This document shows, one piece after another, positions 1-9,378 of a stretch of 64,000 nucleotides of DNA. This stretch comes from Candidatus Thorarchaeota archaeon (GTDB lineage Archaea > Asgardarchaeota > Thorarchaeia > Thorarchaeales > Thorarchaeaceae). The stretch lies in NCBI GenBank assembly GCA_003345545.1, contig PRDH01000044.1:64001-128000 (forward strand). The letters are read 5' to 3'. Position 1 is the stretch's first letter, and every line of letters begins with the position of its first letter. The position numbers and the translations under genes are program-made. The notes beneath the pieces are model-generated. The model saw only the letters and a program-made list of their open reading frames with translations, did no database searches and was not told the DNA's origin.

Positions 1-75
1 GCCATCGCCAACTTGCAGATACTGAGGTTGCTATTGCTTTTATCAAAGGTGAATCCAAAGAGTAGCACAGTCTAC

Positions 76-612
76 CTAGTCGATGCCGTTATCCATTGCC
101 CATTCCAGCACTCGCGATGCCTGAGCACTCGCCATTCCCCAGGATTTCAGATTCAGAACAAGATTTCGAATTCCCGTGATCCAATCATCCAGCAATTCCT
201 TGATTCGGAGATGTATTCCAGAGTCTTCAGTCTCATTATAGATTGGCAGTATCTTGTCGACCAGACTCTGAGAGAGAACTAAGATTGTTTCCAAGCGAGC
301 TATCCATTCTTCTCTTGGTAGACCTGTGAGAGTCTGCGCTACCGCAAGATGATAGTCATACTGAGCTGTATAGTATCGTAGACGCCACGAGAGAAACTCA
401 ACAAACACGGTCTTGTGAGCAGTAGTCGGTGCTGTCTTCATCAGGAGGGTAAGAAAACGCTGTGTCATCTCATCAGCGGACTGGCTGGCATCGAAGTATA
501 GCGCCATTGCTTGTTGATATTGTTCCTCAGTCAGGCATTCATCAGCTCGGCCGACTGCATTCTTGAAGCGTTCAAGAAGCGCCCGTGTCTTGTTGCCTTC
601 GATATCCTGCAA
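76..612 (-). CDS. Hypothetical all-helical protein (MIT/TPR-like N-terminus)
   Basis: 178-aa ORF, amphipathic helices; N-terminal 'FKNAVGRADECLTEEQYQQAMALYFDA' resembles MIT/TPR helices. Confidence 0.6.
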   Translation of the reverse strand: MQDIEGNKTRALLERFKNAVGRADECLTEEQYQQAMALYFDASQSADEMTQRFLTLLMKTAPTTAHKTVFVEFLSWRLRYYTAQYDYHLAVAQTLTGLPREEWIARLETILVLSQSLVDKILPIYNETEDSGIHLRIKELLDDWITGIRNLVLNLKSWGMASAQASRVLEWAMDNGID

Positions 613-792
613 GACCTGCTTTCACCTCCATTACACCGCTTTGAAATGCCGAAGAAACATATTGGGGACCTATGTGTCTGGTGCTATCCATTGGCACGTA
701 GACATGTCAGTCTAGACTACTTCGACTCAACTGTGTAAGTTCATGTTTCTCATTCTAATAAGATGTTATGTAGTTCCTATTAGAACGCCTTT

Positions 793-1767
793 TCAGAGCG
801 GGGGCATGTTCCGTACCTTATGTTCCTCACTAGCTCGGGACCAAGTGAGAAACTCCTCACCTGGCGGTTTGTTTCTGTATAACTCTGACCGTTCAGCTTC
901 GAAGCACCTATTCGCTTGACCCGCGAGAGCTGCCATTGTCATTGTCCTATTTCCGGATTCTTCAGCCACATTTAGCACCGGACGTATCCAATCATTCCAA
1001 GTAGAGTCACGCATATTGTGATGATCCACAACCAGAGTGGGTACTACAGACGCAAGGTTTGACAGTGAGTAGAGGGCAGATTGAGTTTCATCCTTGCTGA
1101 GTCTGCTCAGGTAAGTAGGCGGGCCGCCAACAATCGCCAAATTGGGTTCTTGAGACAAAAAGTAGGATAGGGTGTCACGGTCAATCGGCCCTTGAACATC
1201 AGGAGCAAAGAGAAACCGAGTTCTATTGTATTCAATTGTTGTAGTAAGCACGTACCCAAGAGCACTATCGACCGACCCATGTGGCAATGGCTGTGAGTAT
1301 GTAATCGTCGTATCGCCAAATGTGAACTGTCTTCCATCCGCCCACTGGAGATCTTTGACGACAGACTTGATGTCTTTTTGAAAGAAGAAGCCCCGTCGCC
1401 TCTGAGACGGGTTGATGTTCTCGCGATAATCCTTCGCATAGACAACCTTGCCCATCAGGGTCTCCTTTCTTTCATCCTGGGTACTGAAATTATAGAGGTA
1501 ATTAGTAAATCCTGGACGCACATGGTCATAGTGATAGTGTGAGATGGAGACAATGTCGACCTCTTCCGTGGCAGCTCTTATTCGTTCAAGAGAGTCTTGC
1601 AGCGCCAAGTATTCCATTGGATGTGGTTCAAGACCATACCGTCTGGCAAGGGCTGCAGAGGGGTCAAAGAGGACACTCACGTCGGGTGTTCTTACCAGTG
1701 TACATAGCGACCGAATACCTAGACTCTCGGCAGCTAAAGGGGATACTTCAATCTCATCGATGTTCAT
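793..1767 (-). CDS. UPF0282-family metallo-beta-lactamase-fold hydrolase
   Basis: AAESLGIRS N-terminus, SHYHYDH metal motif, PHG, DVQGP, DHH motifs. Confidence 0.85.
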   Translation of the reverse strand: MNIDEIEVSPLAAESLGIRSLCTLVRTPDVSVLFDPSAALARRYGLEPHPMEYLALQDSLERIRAATEEVDIVSISHYHYDHVRPGFTNYLYNFSTQDERKETLMGKVVYAKDYRENINPSQRRRGFFFQKDIKSVVKDLQWADGRQFTFGDTTITYSQPLPHGSVDSALGYVLTTTIEYNRTRFLFAPDVQGPIDRDTLSYFLSQEPNLAIVGGPPTYLSRLSKDETQSALYSLSNLASVVPTLVVDHHNMRDSTWNDWIRPVLNVAEESGNRTMTMAALAGQANRCFEAERSELYRNKPPGEEFLTWSRASEEHKVRNMPPL

Positions 1768-2266
1768 TGGTAGACGCCCTGTAGTATACTAAATGATACC
1801 CTTTATCATCATGCAGAAGTTCTGCTTCATGCATTTGAGGTCCTCTACTCCTCTGCAGAAATCGTTTGAACATCTCAAGATCCGATGGCAAGAATTGCGC
1901 ACATGCAGCCTCAATCTCCTCCTTCTTGAACAGTGAGAGGCTTCCCTCTCTATGGTCTGTCTTGAAATCATCAATGATAGCCAGTCCGACGAAGATTAGA
2001 AAATGCGCAGAGAGGTTTCCGCGACTATCAACGAGGCGTTCCGACACCATTCCACGATACTCATAGTCACGGACGTGTTTTGCCCCCGTTTCTTCCTTGA
2101 CCTCTCTTATCCCTGCGGCTTGTATATGTTCACCGAGTGCAACCTTTCCCCCGACAAGACTCCAAAGACCCTCGTAAGGAGGACTTCGACGCTTCAAGAA
2201 TAGGTAGCTGTCCTTGTAGGGGAGAATAGTGATTGCTATTGGCACCAACTTCGTCTGTCCATCCAC
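1754..2266 (-). CDS. NUDIX hydrolase
   Basis: Nudix box GGKVALGEHIQAAGIREVKEETG. Confidence 0.9.
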   Translation of the reverse strand: MDGQTKLVPIAITILPYKDSYLFLKRRSPPYEGLWSLVGGKVALGEHIQAAGIREVKEETGAKHVRDYEYRGMVSERLVDSRGNLSAHFLIFVGLAIIDDFKTDHREGSLSLFKKEEIEAACAQFLPSDLEMFKRFLQRSRGPQMHEAELLHDDKGYHLVYYRASTNEHR

Positions 2267-2376
2267 CTCTGTTCACTCACGAGTGCCTTAGAGGTCTGTA
2301 ACTGGCTTTAAACATGCGGGACTTACAACGAGGCTAACATTCTTAGGATGCTCCGAGGACGTGATAATGGGTATAC

Positions 2377-3852
2377 ATGTTGTCCGACCTGTTGCCAGAC
2401 TCGGTCAGAGAGCGAGTTCTTGAGCAAATCACGCCAACCAAGGAAGAGGTACAGAACCAGAAGAGAGTGATAAAACGGCTGACCTCAGTCCTCGCCAAAC
2501 AGGCAGAGTCATGCGAATACCCATACTCCTTCATCGACGCACAGGGATCAACAGGGAGAAAACAGACTCAGCTCAGAGGTGCATCAGATATCGATCTCTT
2601 CGTTGGTCTTAGACCAGAGGACTATCCAGATGTTCTTGACCAACCACAGCAAGACAGACATCAGGCCGTTGATTCACTCATGAACAACTTAGTGGACGAG
2701 TGGTTCGCGCCAGCTATCGCCCATCTCGATGTTGAGAAGGTGCAGAGAGCGTTCTCGCAGCATCCCTTTCTCAGTCTCAGAACGCAGGGGCTAGACGTAG
2801 ACATTCTGGGCTGCTTTGATATTGACGCCGACACGCTTGCCAGTCAGGGGCCTATCACCGCTGTCGACAGGACCGTTCATCATTCACGGTACGTGTCAGA
2901 ACACTTGACCAGAAAGAAGCGAGAAGATGCACGTATTCTCAAGTCATTCGTCAGAGCAGGTCATGCCTACGGGGATACATGCGCAGTCGGAAGAATGGGA
3001 TTGACAGGCGTTTCACTCGAACTCATGGTTGTGGACGCACCGAATCTTGATAGTGCCTTTTACAAACTTCAACATCTTGATACAGAACCTCTCGACCCAC
3101 TGAAGCGGACGCTCAGCGACCTGAGAAAGGTACCAGCTTTTCGTGAGGATTATGTCTTTGTAATCGACCCGACAGACGTGAGCAGAAACGTCGCATCTAG
3201 CTTCAGTCCCAGGTCATATCGATGGATACAGCATAGGACAGCCAGATTTCGGGACTTCCTGGCTTCGAGTGATCAAGAGGCAATTGTCAACGAACTAATC
3301 GAAGCACCAATTCCAGACGAGGATTTGCCCAAATGGCTCAGGCCCCATAGCTTCGCGTGCGAATTCGTATCAGATGGAACAACTCATTATACCATTCTTC
3401 GAGACAAGATGCATCGTATGGCCAAGAAACTGCAGACTGAAATGACAAATGAACGAACGGGGGAACCAAGATTTGGCGAAGTTCTCACCGAGGTCTATTT
3501 CAGAGACGATCTCTACGCCCTTGGACTACTCATCGAACACCCCATAATAACACCAACGTACTTTCGTAGGGGGCCTCCTGTTCATCTGGAAACTGCAGCA
3601 GCAGAATTCACATCAGCGCATCCTGAAGCCATGATGGTAGATGGATATCTCTGCTCGGAGGAGAGGAGAGAGTGGACGCGTGCGAATGACATGATTGAAG
3701 ACTTTCTTGGCAAGAATCCCATAGAAGGACTCTCACAAGTGGCGAAACAGAGTGTTCTTACAAAACAGGTTCTCAATGTCCTCTACAGGTATGTACTTCC
3801 TATAGAACCACAGTTTCATGAGAGAATGACAAGAGTTAAGCCTAGACAATAG
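2377..3852 (+). CDS. cca: Class I (archaeal) CCA-adding tRNA nucleotidyltransferase
   Basis: GS...T.LRGASDIDLFV nucleotidyltransferase motif, TAVDRT, IDPTD..RNVASS, GPP motif. Confidence 0.85.
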   Translation: MLSDLLPDSVRERVLEQITPTKEEVQNQKRVIKRLTSVLAKQAESCEYPYSFIDAQGSTGRKQTQLRGASDIDLFVGLRPEDYPDVLDQPQQDRHQAVDSLMNNLVDEWFAPAIAHLDVEKVQRAFSQHPFLSLRTQGLDVDILGCFDIDADTLASQGPITAVDRTVHHSRYVSEHLTRKKREDARILKSFVRAGHAYGDTCAVGRMGLTGVSLELMVVDAPNLDSAFYKLQHLDTEPLDPLKRTLSDLRKVPAFREDYVFVIDPTDVSRNVASSFSPRSYRWIQHRTARFRDFLASSDQEAIVNELIEAPIPDEDLPKWLRPHSFACEFVSDGTTHYTILRDKMHRMAKKLQTEMTNERTGEPRFGEVLTEVYFRDDLYALGLLIEHPIITPTYFRRGPPVHLETAAAEFTSAHPEAMMVDGYLCSEERREWTRANDMIEDFLGKNPIEGLSQVAKQSVLTKQVLNVLYRYVLPIEPQFHERMTRVKPRQ

Positions 3853-3863
3853 AGTGTCTTCGT

Positions 3864-4964
3864 GTGATTGATGTGCCCGAGAATAAGATTGCATTCATCT
3901 CCCACCCCAAAGCGAGTATGCATCAGATGCCATTCCCAAAGCCGCACCTTGAGTCTTTCGAGAATCCATTACGGTACCAGATGGCCGAGAGGTATTTGGA
4001 AAAGAAAGGAATACTCAACCAAACAGTGAGGCTCAGAGCACCTCGTGCAAACACGAAAGATATCTTACTTGTACACTCACCATACCTTGTCGACAGCGTT
4101 GAAATTCTCTCCAACATTGGAACAGGTCAACTCGGAGAGTCGGCCTACGCCAGTCCGGGTCTTTTTCAAACAGCACTTCTTGCAGTGGGAGGAGCAATGA
4201 AGGGAACTGATGTTGTACTTTCAGGAAACGTCAAGCACGCCTTTGTGTTCATGAGACCTCCTGGTCACCATGCAACAACCTCAGATCCGGCGGGGCTATG
4301 CTACTTCAATAATGTCGCTATCGCGACGAAACATGTGATGCAGAATGAACGAGTTCACCGCGTTTCAATTGTCGATTTTGATGATCATCATGGCAATGGT
4401 ACATCCGAGATTTTCTACACGAATCCGAATGTCCAATATATCTCATTTCACGAGTATGACTATGAAAACTTCGGATTAGGCCACTATACAGAGGTAGGGT
4501 ATGGTGAGGGGAAAGGGACTAACATCAATATTCCTCTTGTTGAAACATCCCCTGACACTTCGTACAAAACAGCAATCAAACGTGTACTGGAACCTGCACT
4601 CAACGCGTTCAAACCCCAACTTATCATGGTTTCAGCTGGATACGACGCACATTATGCTGACCCTGTGGGCAACATGGATGTTGATTCAAGAACCTACTGG
4701 GAATTTGGTGACTCGATTCGCAGGATGGTCCAATCACTGAACGCATTGGGCTCCGTATGGGTCCTAGAGGGTGGCTACAATCCATTCGCCCTCGGTCCGT
4801 CAATCGAGGCAAGTCTGGATGGACTGGCTGGCAGGCAAAGGCCGGCACTTGAAGACCAAGTAGAACGAGAGAGCAACCCACTTATTCTGGAATCAAACGA
4901 CGAGATAATCGATAAGGTACTTGAAACCGTCACACCCTACTGGGCAAAGAAGAAGACTAGCTAG
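3864..4964 (+). CDS. Histone deacetylase-family (zinc-dependent) deacetylase
   Basis: RPPGHHA, G.CYFNN, DFDDHHGNGT, SAGYDAH..D, LEGGY motifs. Confidence 0.92.
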   Translation: MIDVPENKIAFISHPKASMHQMPFPKPHLESFENPLRYQMAERYLEKKGILNQTVRLRAPRANTKDILLVHSPYLVDSVEILSNIGTGQLGESAYASPGLFQTALLAVGGAMKGTDVVLSGNVKHAFVFMRPPGHHATTSDPAGLCYFNNVAIATKHVMQNERVHRVSIVDFDDHHGNGTSEIFYTNPNVQYISFHEYDYENFGLGHYTEVGYGEGKGTNINIPLVETSPDTSYKTAIKRVLEPALNAFKPQLIMVSAGYDAHYADPVGNMDVDSRTYWEFGDSIRRMVQSLNALGSVWVLEGGYNPFALGPSIEASLDGLAGRQRPALEDQVERESNPLILESNDEIIDKVLETVTPYWAKKKTS

Positions 4965-4976
4965 CAGGTTTGCCGT

Positions 4977-5576
4977 ATGCAACTCGATTCAGGACGCACT
5001 GTGCTGAGATTCATTCAGCTTCTGCCAGCAGTTTCTGCTTCAGGCGATTTTCCTCTTAGAGACCTACCAGGAATAGGCAAGCGTGTTGATGTATTATGTC
5101 GTGACTTGGCAGCATGCTTTGACTGGGGTCCTTCTGATTGGCCTCTCAGCCAACTTGAGTTGAGTGCCCTATTCAGTGACCAAGTCCTTCTGACCTTCCA
5201 GACACCGAATGAGAGAATGCCAATAGGCGAACGAGGATGGGCAATGGTTGTCAAGAATGCATTGCAGGGAAACCCACCCGACTATGTCAGGGTCACACAG
5301 GACAATCTTGAGTCTATGATCAGAAACGTCAATCAGCCATCAAGATCGCAGCTGTGGGTACTTCATGAAGAGGGAAAACACTTTAGGGACTGCAAGATAC
5401 AGGTTTCTGGAACGAAGAACAGTTTTATGCTCGGAGACTATAGAGGCTTTGATTCCCGTGCAGAGGAGCTCGTATCGAAGTATGGCCTGCCGAGAATATC
5501 ACTGGGAGGAACAAGCTATCTCAGCAGCCACTGCGTCGCTTCAGTTATCTCAAAATTTGAAAGGATGGTCAAATGA
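4977..5576 (+). CDS. trmY: tRNA (pseudouridine54-N1)-methyltransferase TrmY-like SPOUT protein
   Basis: DFPLRDLPG.GKRVDVLCR, LHEEG, FMLGD..G, ISLG..SYLSSHC SPOUT motifs. Confidence 0.75.
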   Translation: MQLDSGRTVLRFIQLLPAVSASGDFPLRDLPGIGKRVDVLCRDLAACFDWGPSDWPLSQLELSALFSDQVLLTFQTPNERMPIGERGWAMVVKNALQGNPPDYVRVTQDNLESMIRNVNQPSRSQLWVLHEEGKHFRDCKIQVSGTKNSFMLGDYRGFDSRAEELVSKYGLPRISLGGTSYLSSHCVASVISKFERMVK

Positions 5577-5938
5577 TGTCTGAGGGTAAACAATCAGGTG
5601 AAGAAAACGAGCCAAAGGCAAAGGCCATCCACAGACTTGTGAGCAAGCTTACCAAGGAGATGCTGTGGATGTACATTTTGCGGCTTCTTCAAGAGAAACC
5701 TCACTACGGATACGAGATCAAGCGGCTTATTCGTGAGAGATTCGGTTTCTCACCCGCCACAGTTAGTGGCTACGCCATCATCTATCGTCTGATCAATGAT
5801 GGACTCATCGAAGAACAACAGCCTGACGACTCTCCACGGAAGTACTATGCCATAACAGAAAAAGGCAGTGCTGCAATGGTTGATGCGAAGGCTTTCCTTC
5901 TCAGGACCCTCTCTTTGGTCTTCGACAAGACGGACTAG
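5573..5938 (+). CDS. PadR-family transcriptional regulator
   Basis: ILRLL...PHYGYEI and RKYYAITEKG motifs. Confidence 0.9.
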   Translation: MMSEGKQSGEENEPKAKAIHRLVSKLTKEMLWMYILRLLQEKPHYGYEIKRLIRERFGFSPATVSGYAIIYRLINDGLIEEQQPDDSPRKYYAITEKGSAAMVDAKAFLLRTLSLVFDKTD

Positions 5939-5946
5939 AGGGGTAT

Positions 5947-6861
5947 CTATCTCGTTGATATATTATCAGCAATCTGAACCGCTCTCTTTTCGACTTTAGA
6001 ACGAATCAGACTGAAGTCCAGGCCTGATTTCTCAATTCTATGACTTGCCACTGCCGCCCCCAGAGCACCACAATCTGCAAGACTCCGCCCCTCCAAGAGG
6101 CCGGATGCGAATCCCCCAAGGTACGTCGCGCCTGCTTCAAGAGTGTCTTTGGGCTGAGTTGGATATATAGGGACAATCATGAACTTGCTACCGTCATAGA
6201 TGAGACTTCCATTCTTGCCCAGTGTTATGATACAGCAGTCTGCCAAGGACTCTACAAGCATCTCGGCAGCAAGGTACATGTCGGTTTCACCGGTGATGAG
6301 TGACGCCTCATGCTCATTTGGTTTGATGAAGTCCAAGAAAGAACGCGTTTTTTCAATCACATGCAGCTCAGATATGACTTTGAGTTTCATATCGACTCCA
6401 GCATCGAATAGCTGAGGGTCAAGCAGAATCGTGGCATCAGATGAGTTGCATATCCATTCAATCAGCTCTGCACCAATTTCCTGCAGAATTGGGGTCAGAA
6501 GAATAATGCGCGCTGACAGGAACTCATCAGGAATGTCCCGTATTCCAATTGGCTTGGGCACTCCGAGCACAGAAACGACGGAAGCATCAGGACCGCCATC
6601 ATATTCTATCTCGAAGCCACCGGTTTCAGGCGAATCAATTGGATAATATTCAGGAATCTGTAGCTCATCAAGTTGGGCCGCAAATTGCTCGCGGTACTGT
6701 GCACTGAGAGACCCGACAATTACCATGTTTTGAATACCTAGCTGAACTGCGCTTCTCGCGCTATATGCAGCAGGACCAGATAGAGAACGCCCATTGCCTG
6801 CCACAGACCTCCTCACAAATCGGTCAAAGGATGGACTACCAATCACAACAATATCATACAT
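5947..6861 (-). CDS. PfkB/ribokinase-family carbohydrate kinase
   Basis: KPNEHEA, ITLGKNGS, DTLEAGATYLGGF (degenerate DTxGAGD, catalytic Asp apparently replaced). Confidence 0.8.
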   Translation of the reverse strand: MYDIVVIGSPSFDRFVRRSVAGNGRSLSGPAAYSARSAVQLGIQNMVIVGSLSAQYREQFAAQLDELQIPEYYPIDSPETGGFEIEYDGGPDASVVSVLGVPKPIGIRDIPDEFLSARIILLTPILQEIGAELIEWICNSSDATILLDPQLFDAGVDMKLKVISELHVIEKTRSFLDFIKPNEHEASLITGETDMYLAAEMLVESLADCCIITLGKNGSLIYDGSKFMIVPIYPTQPKDTLEAGATYLGGFASGLLEGRSLADCGALGAAVASHRIEKSGLDFSLIRSKVEKRAVQIADNISTR

Positions 6862-7570
6862 CTAGTTTGTCACCCGATTCCGATGCAAGAATCACTTTGC
6901 GGGCATAGAGAAGCCTCTGTACCACCGTAATATGAGATAGAATCCCGACAATCACAATGCAGAGAGTCAGAATATTGGTGATGTCCAGAGCCACAAAGAA
7001 TTCAAGGAGTGTAGGCACCTGTGTCAGCAGGTCAATCCAGATATTAGTTGAGGGAAATGCAAGCAGAAGAATACCTGCGATTTGCAGTAGCAGCTTCTCT
7101 TGGCGCTCTGCGATTCCCACCGTACAGCTCTTCATGCCGCCCACGGATTCAGCTTTTGCCCGAGTGAAACTTGCCATTATCATGCCAAACAATGTGAAAA
7201 AGCCCCAGAACCATGGTATGAAACTGCCCCCAAGGGGATATGGCCATATAACTGCGACCGGACCCATCATGAGCCCAAGCATGAAGAGATACTCTGCATA
7301 GCGATCAAGAACGTGGTCAAAGGTCGCTCCGAATTTTGATGAGAGACCTGCAGCTCGGGCCACCGCTCCATCAAACATGTCCAAAACGACTGTCAGTATT
7401 AGGAACACTAGACCAAGGAGAAGGTATCCTTGATAGAATATCCATGCGGTAATCAGGGCAATGATTAGCGTGAAACCAGTGATCATGTTGGGTGTGATGC
7501 CTGTCTTGGCAATGACTCGACCGACTGGCATCATCGCACGCTGGTATCGTTCTCTGAGGCTTCCAAGCAT
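6854..7570 (-). CDS. CDP-alcohol phosphatidyltransferase (archaetidylinositol-phosphate synthase-like)
   Basis: TPNMIT, DMFDGAVARAAG..SKFGATFDHVLDR signature, RAKAES, GIAERQE; start moved to MLGSLRE. Confidence 0.88.
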   Translation of the reverse strand: MLGSLRERYQRAMMPVGRVIAKTGITPNMITGFTLIIALITAWIFYQGYLLLGLVFLILTVVLDMFDGAVARAAGLSSKFGATFDHVLDRYAEYLFMLGLMMGPVAVIWPYPLGGSFIPWFWGFFTLFGMIMASFTRAKAESVGGMKSCTVGIAERQEKLLLQIAGILLLAFPSTNIWIDLLTQVPTLLEFFVALDITNILTLCIVIVGILSHITVVQRLLYARKVILASESGDKLDV

Positions 7571-7659
7571 GGTTCTCATTTCCAAAATTCTGGTCAGAGC
7601 CCGCTGCAATTTGTTGTGCTAATAAACGTGTTGTGAAATGATCCTCAGAATGCGTCCCA

Positions 7660-9333
7660 TCAGAGAACGCTTCGAATCCGTTCTGCTACCCAATCATACC
7701 CAAGAAGGTTTAGAAATGAGCCTAATCGTGGACCGTATTTCCGTGAAGTGAGAACTCTGTACATCACTGCAAATGCACGTTTCTCCTTAAGACCAGCTTT
7801 TCTAGCCTGTTCAAAGACTTGACTCTGCAAGGTCTCATCATCGAGCTCATCACCTTCGAGAACAGACAGCATCGCAGACAGGAATCTCCTATCGTCTGCT
7901 GTCAGGCTTTCGATGACCTCTTTGGGAACTCTATCGGTGATCTCTATTCGGTCACTCTCAGAACCAAACTCTAAAGCCCAATTCCTAGCCATGTTCAGAC
8001 GGGCTTGAATTAACGCTTTTGCCTCTGGCGGAACCACCTCAAGTCCGTATTGCTTCTTCAAGACATGTTCACACCTACTCACGACTGCGGGCATACCCAG
8101 CAAGTCAACCGTTTGGGAGGTCATCACCGCGAATCTGAACGACAGCTTCGGAATGTACTCCTTGCGCAAAGGTCCAGTGACACAGAGAGGATAGAGGAGT
8201 CTAGCCAGCTCCCTCTTGTCATCAGTAGCATCTTCAATACCATAGTACACCCTCTCAAACCGTTCGTACTCGTCAATAAGCTCAGGAATTCTGTCGGGTT
8301 GGATGTTTATGGCACGAGAGAGATCTGTCTTCAGCATTAGATACCGGTATAGTTCAGGTGGAGCGATTTCCATCCAAGAACGCGGCGTGAAGACAATCCC
8401 TTCAGAGGTGCTCATGTCCCTCCCCCCAATACGAACCCACTCATAGGCAACCTTCACAGGACCCGGCCATTTGAAGACACGTCGAGAAACCTCAAGTCCA
8501 GTATCGTATGAACCACCCTTCACTGCATGATCTTTGCCTGCAGGTTCGCAGGTCACTCCTAAAACGTACCACTTTGCCGGCCAGTCAACCCGCCAGACAA
8601 GTTTGACGCGAACTTCAGTCAGTGGAAACTCTCCTGAAGTACCACAGGCTTTGCATTCAAAGGTCACTATATCTGTCTTCGGATTGTAACCAGTGATACG
8701 GTTTGGCGAGATTTGACCCTTTACGCCCGACTGCAATCTTCCACATTCTGGGCATACAACTGATGCAGGATACCAATCTTTCATTGATGTTGTGTACTCC
8801 TCTGATTGTTCTTCCTCAAAGTCGCCTGCGACAAATTCGACCATTATCTTACGTATTGTTTTGGTCTCTCGAAGGCAGGTTCTTACAACATCAATCATCT
8901 CAGGAGTTTCGTACAACTTGTGAGCCCATACGATATCGGGATCAACTCCGAAAGCAGGAAATGTCTCGATGAGCTCGTTTGCCCAATGATCTCCAAAGCT
9001 GTCGCAGCATCCAAACTCATCCGGGATGTCAGAGTATGGAACGCCAATCCAAGTTTCAAGAGGAAGACTGGTAGAGGGAGGCAAAGAGCGTAAGGGGTCA
9101 AAGTCATCGACGACAAAGACAGTTCTGGCTTTCTTGCCCATTCGTTTCAATTCGCGTTTAATGACGTCACATATTATCAATTCACGGACAATACCAATAT
9201 GGATGCTGCCACTTGGGCTCTTGCCAGACGAGATGATGTAAGTGTCAACATCACGTTCCAAGACTCTATTCACTACATCTCGTATCCAGTGTATCGAGAA
9301 TTCCTCTTCTTGTGGTTCTTCTGATGACATCAA
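7660..9333 (-). CDS. lysS: Lysine--tRNA ligase, class I
   Basis: SPSGSIHIG, DDFDPLR, KLVWRVDWPAKW, EPAGKDH, C-terminal GPRLGSF. Confidence 0.95.
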   Translation of the reverse strand: MMSSEEPQEEEFSIHWIRDVVNRVLERDVDTYIISSGKSPSGSIHIGIVRELIICDVIKRELKRMGKKARTVFVVDDFDPLRSLPPSTSLPLETWIGVPYSDIPDEFGCCDSFGDHWANELIETFPAFGVDPDIVWAHKLYETPEMIDVVRTCLRETKTIRKIMVEFVAGDFEEEQSEEYTTSMKDWYPASVVCPECGRLQSGVKGQISPNRITGYNPKTDIVTFECKACGTSGEFPLTEVRVKLVWRVDWPAKWYVLGVTCEPAGKDHAVKGGSYDTGLEVSRRVFKWPGPVKVAYEWVRIGGRDMSTSEGIVFTPRSWMEIAPPELYRYLMLKTDLSRAINIQPDRIPELIDEYERFERVYYGIEDATDDKRELARLLYPLCVTGPLRKEYIPKLSFRFAVMTSQTVDLLGMPAVVSRCEHVLKKQYGLEVVPPEAKALIQARLNMARNWALEFGSESDRIEITDRVPKEVIESLTADDRRFLSAMLSVLEGDELDDETLQSQVFEQARKAGLKEKRAFAVMYRVLTSRKYGPRLGSFLNLLGYDWVAERIRSVL

Positions 9334-9378
9334 TGAGTCCTCGAATGTTCCCCCAAGCTAATGTCTAAAGAATCTTAC

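Noticed and set aside
1-60. Possible start of a minus-strand gene running off the window (TTG-DSPLIKAIA...)
   Set aside because: Too short to support
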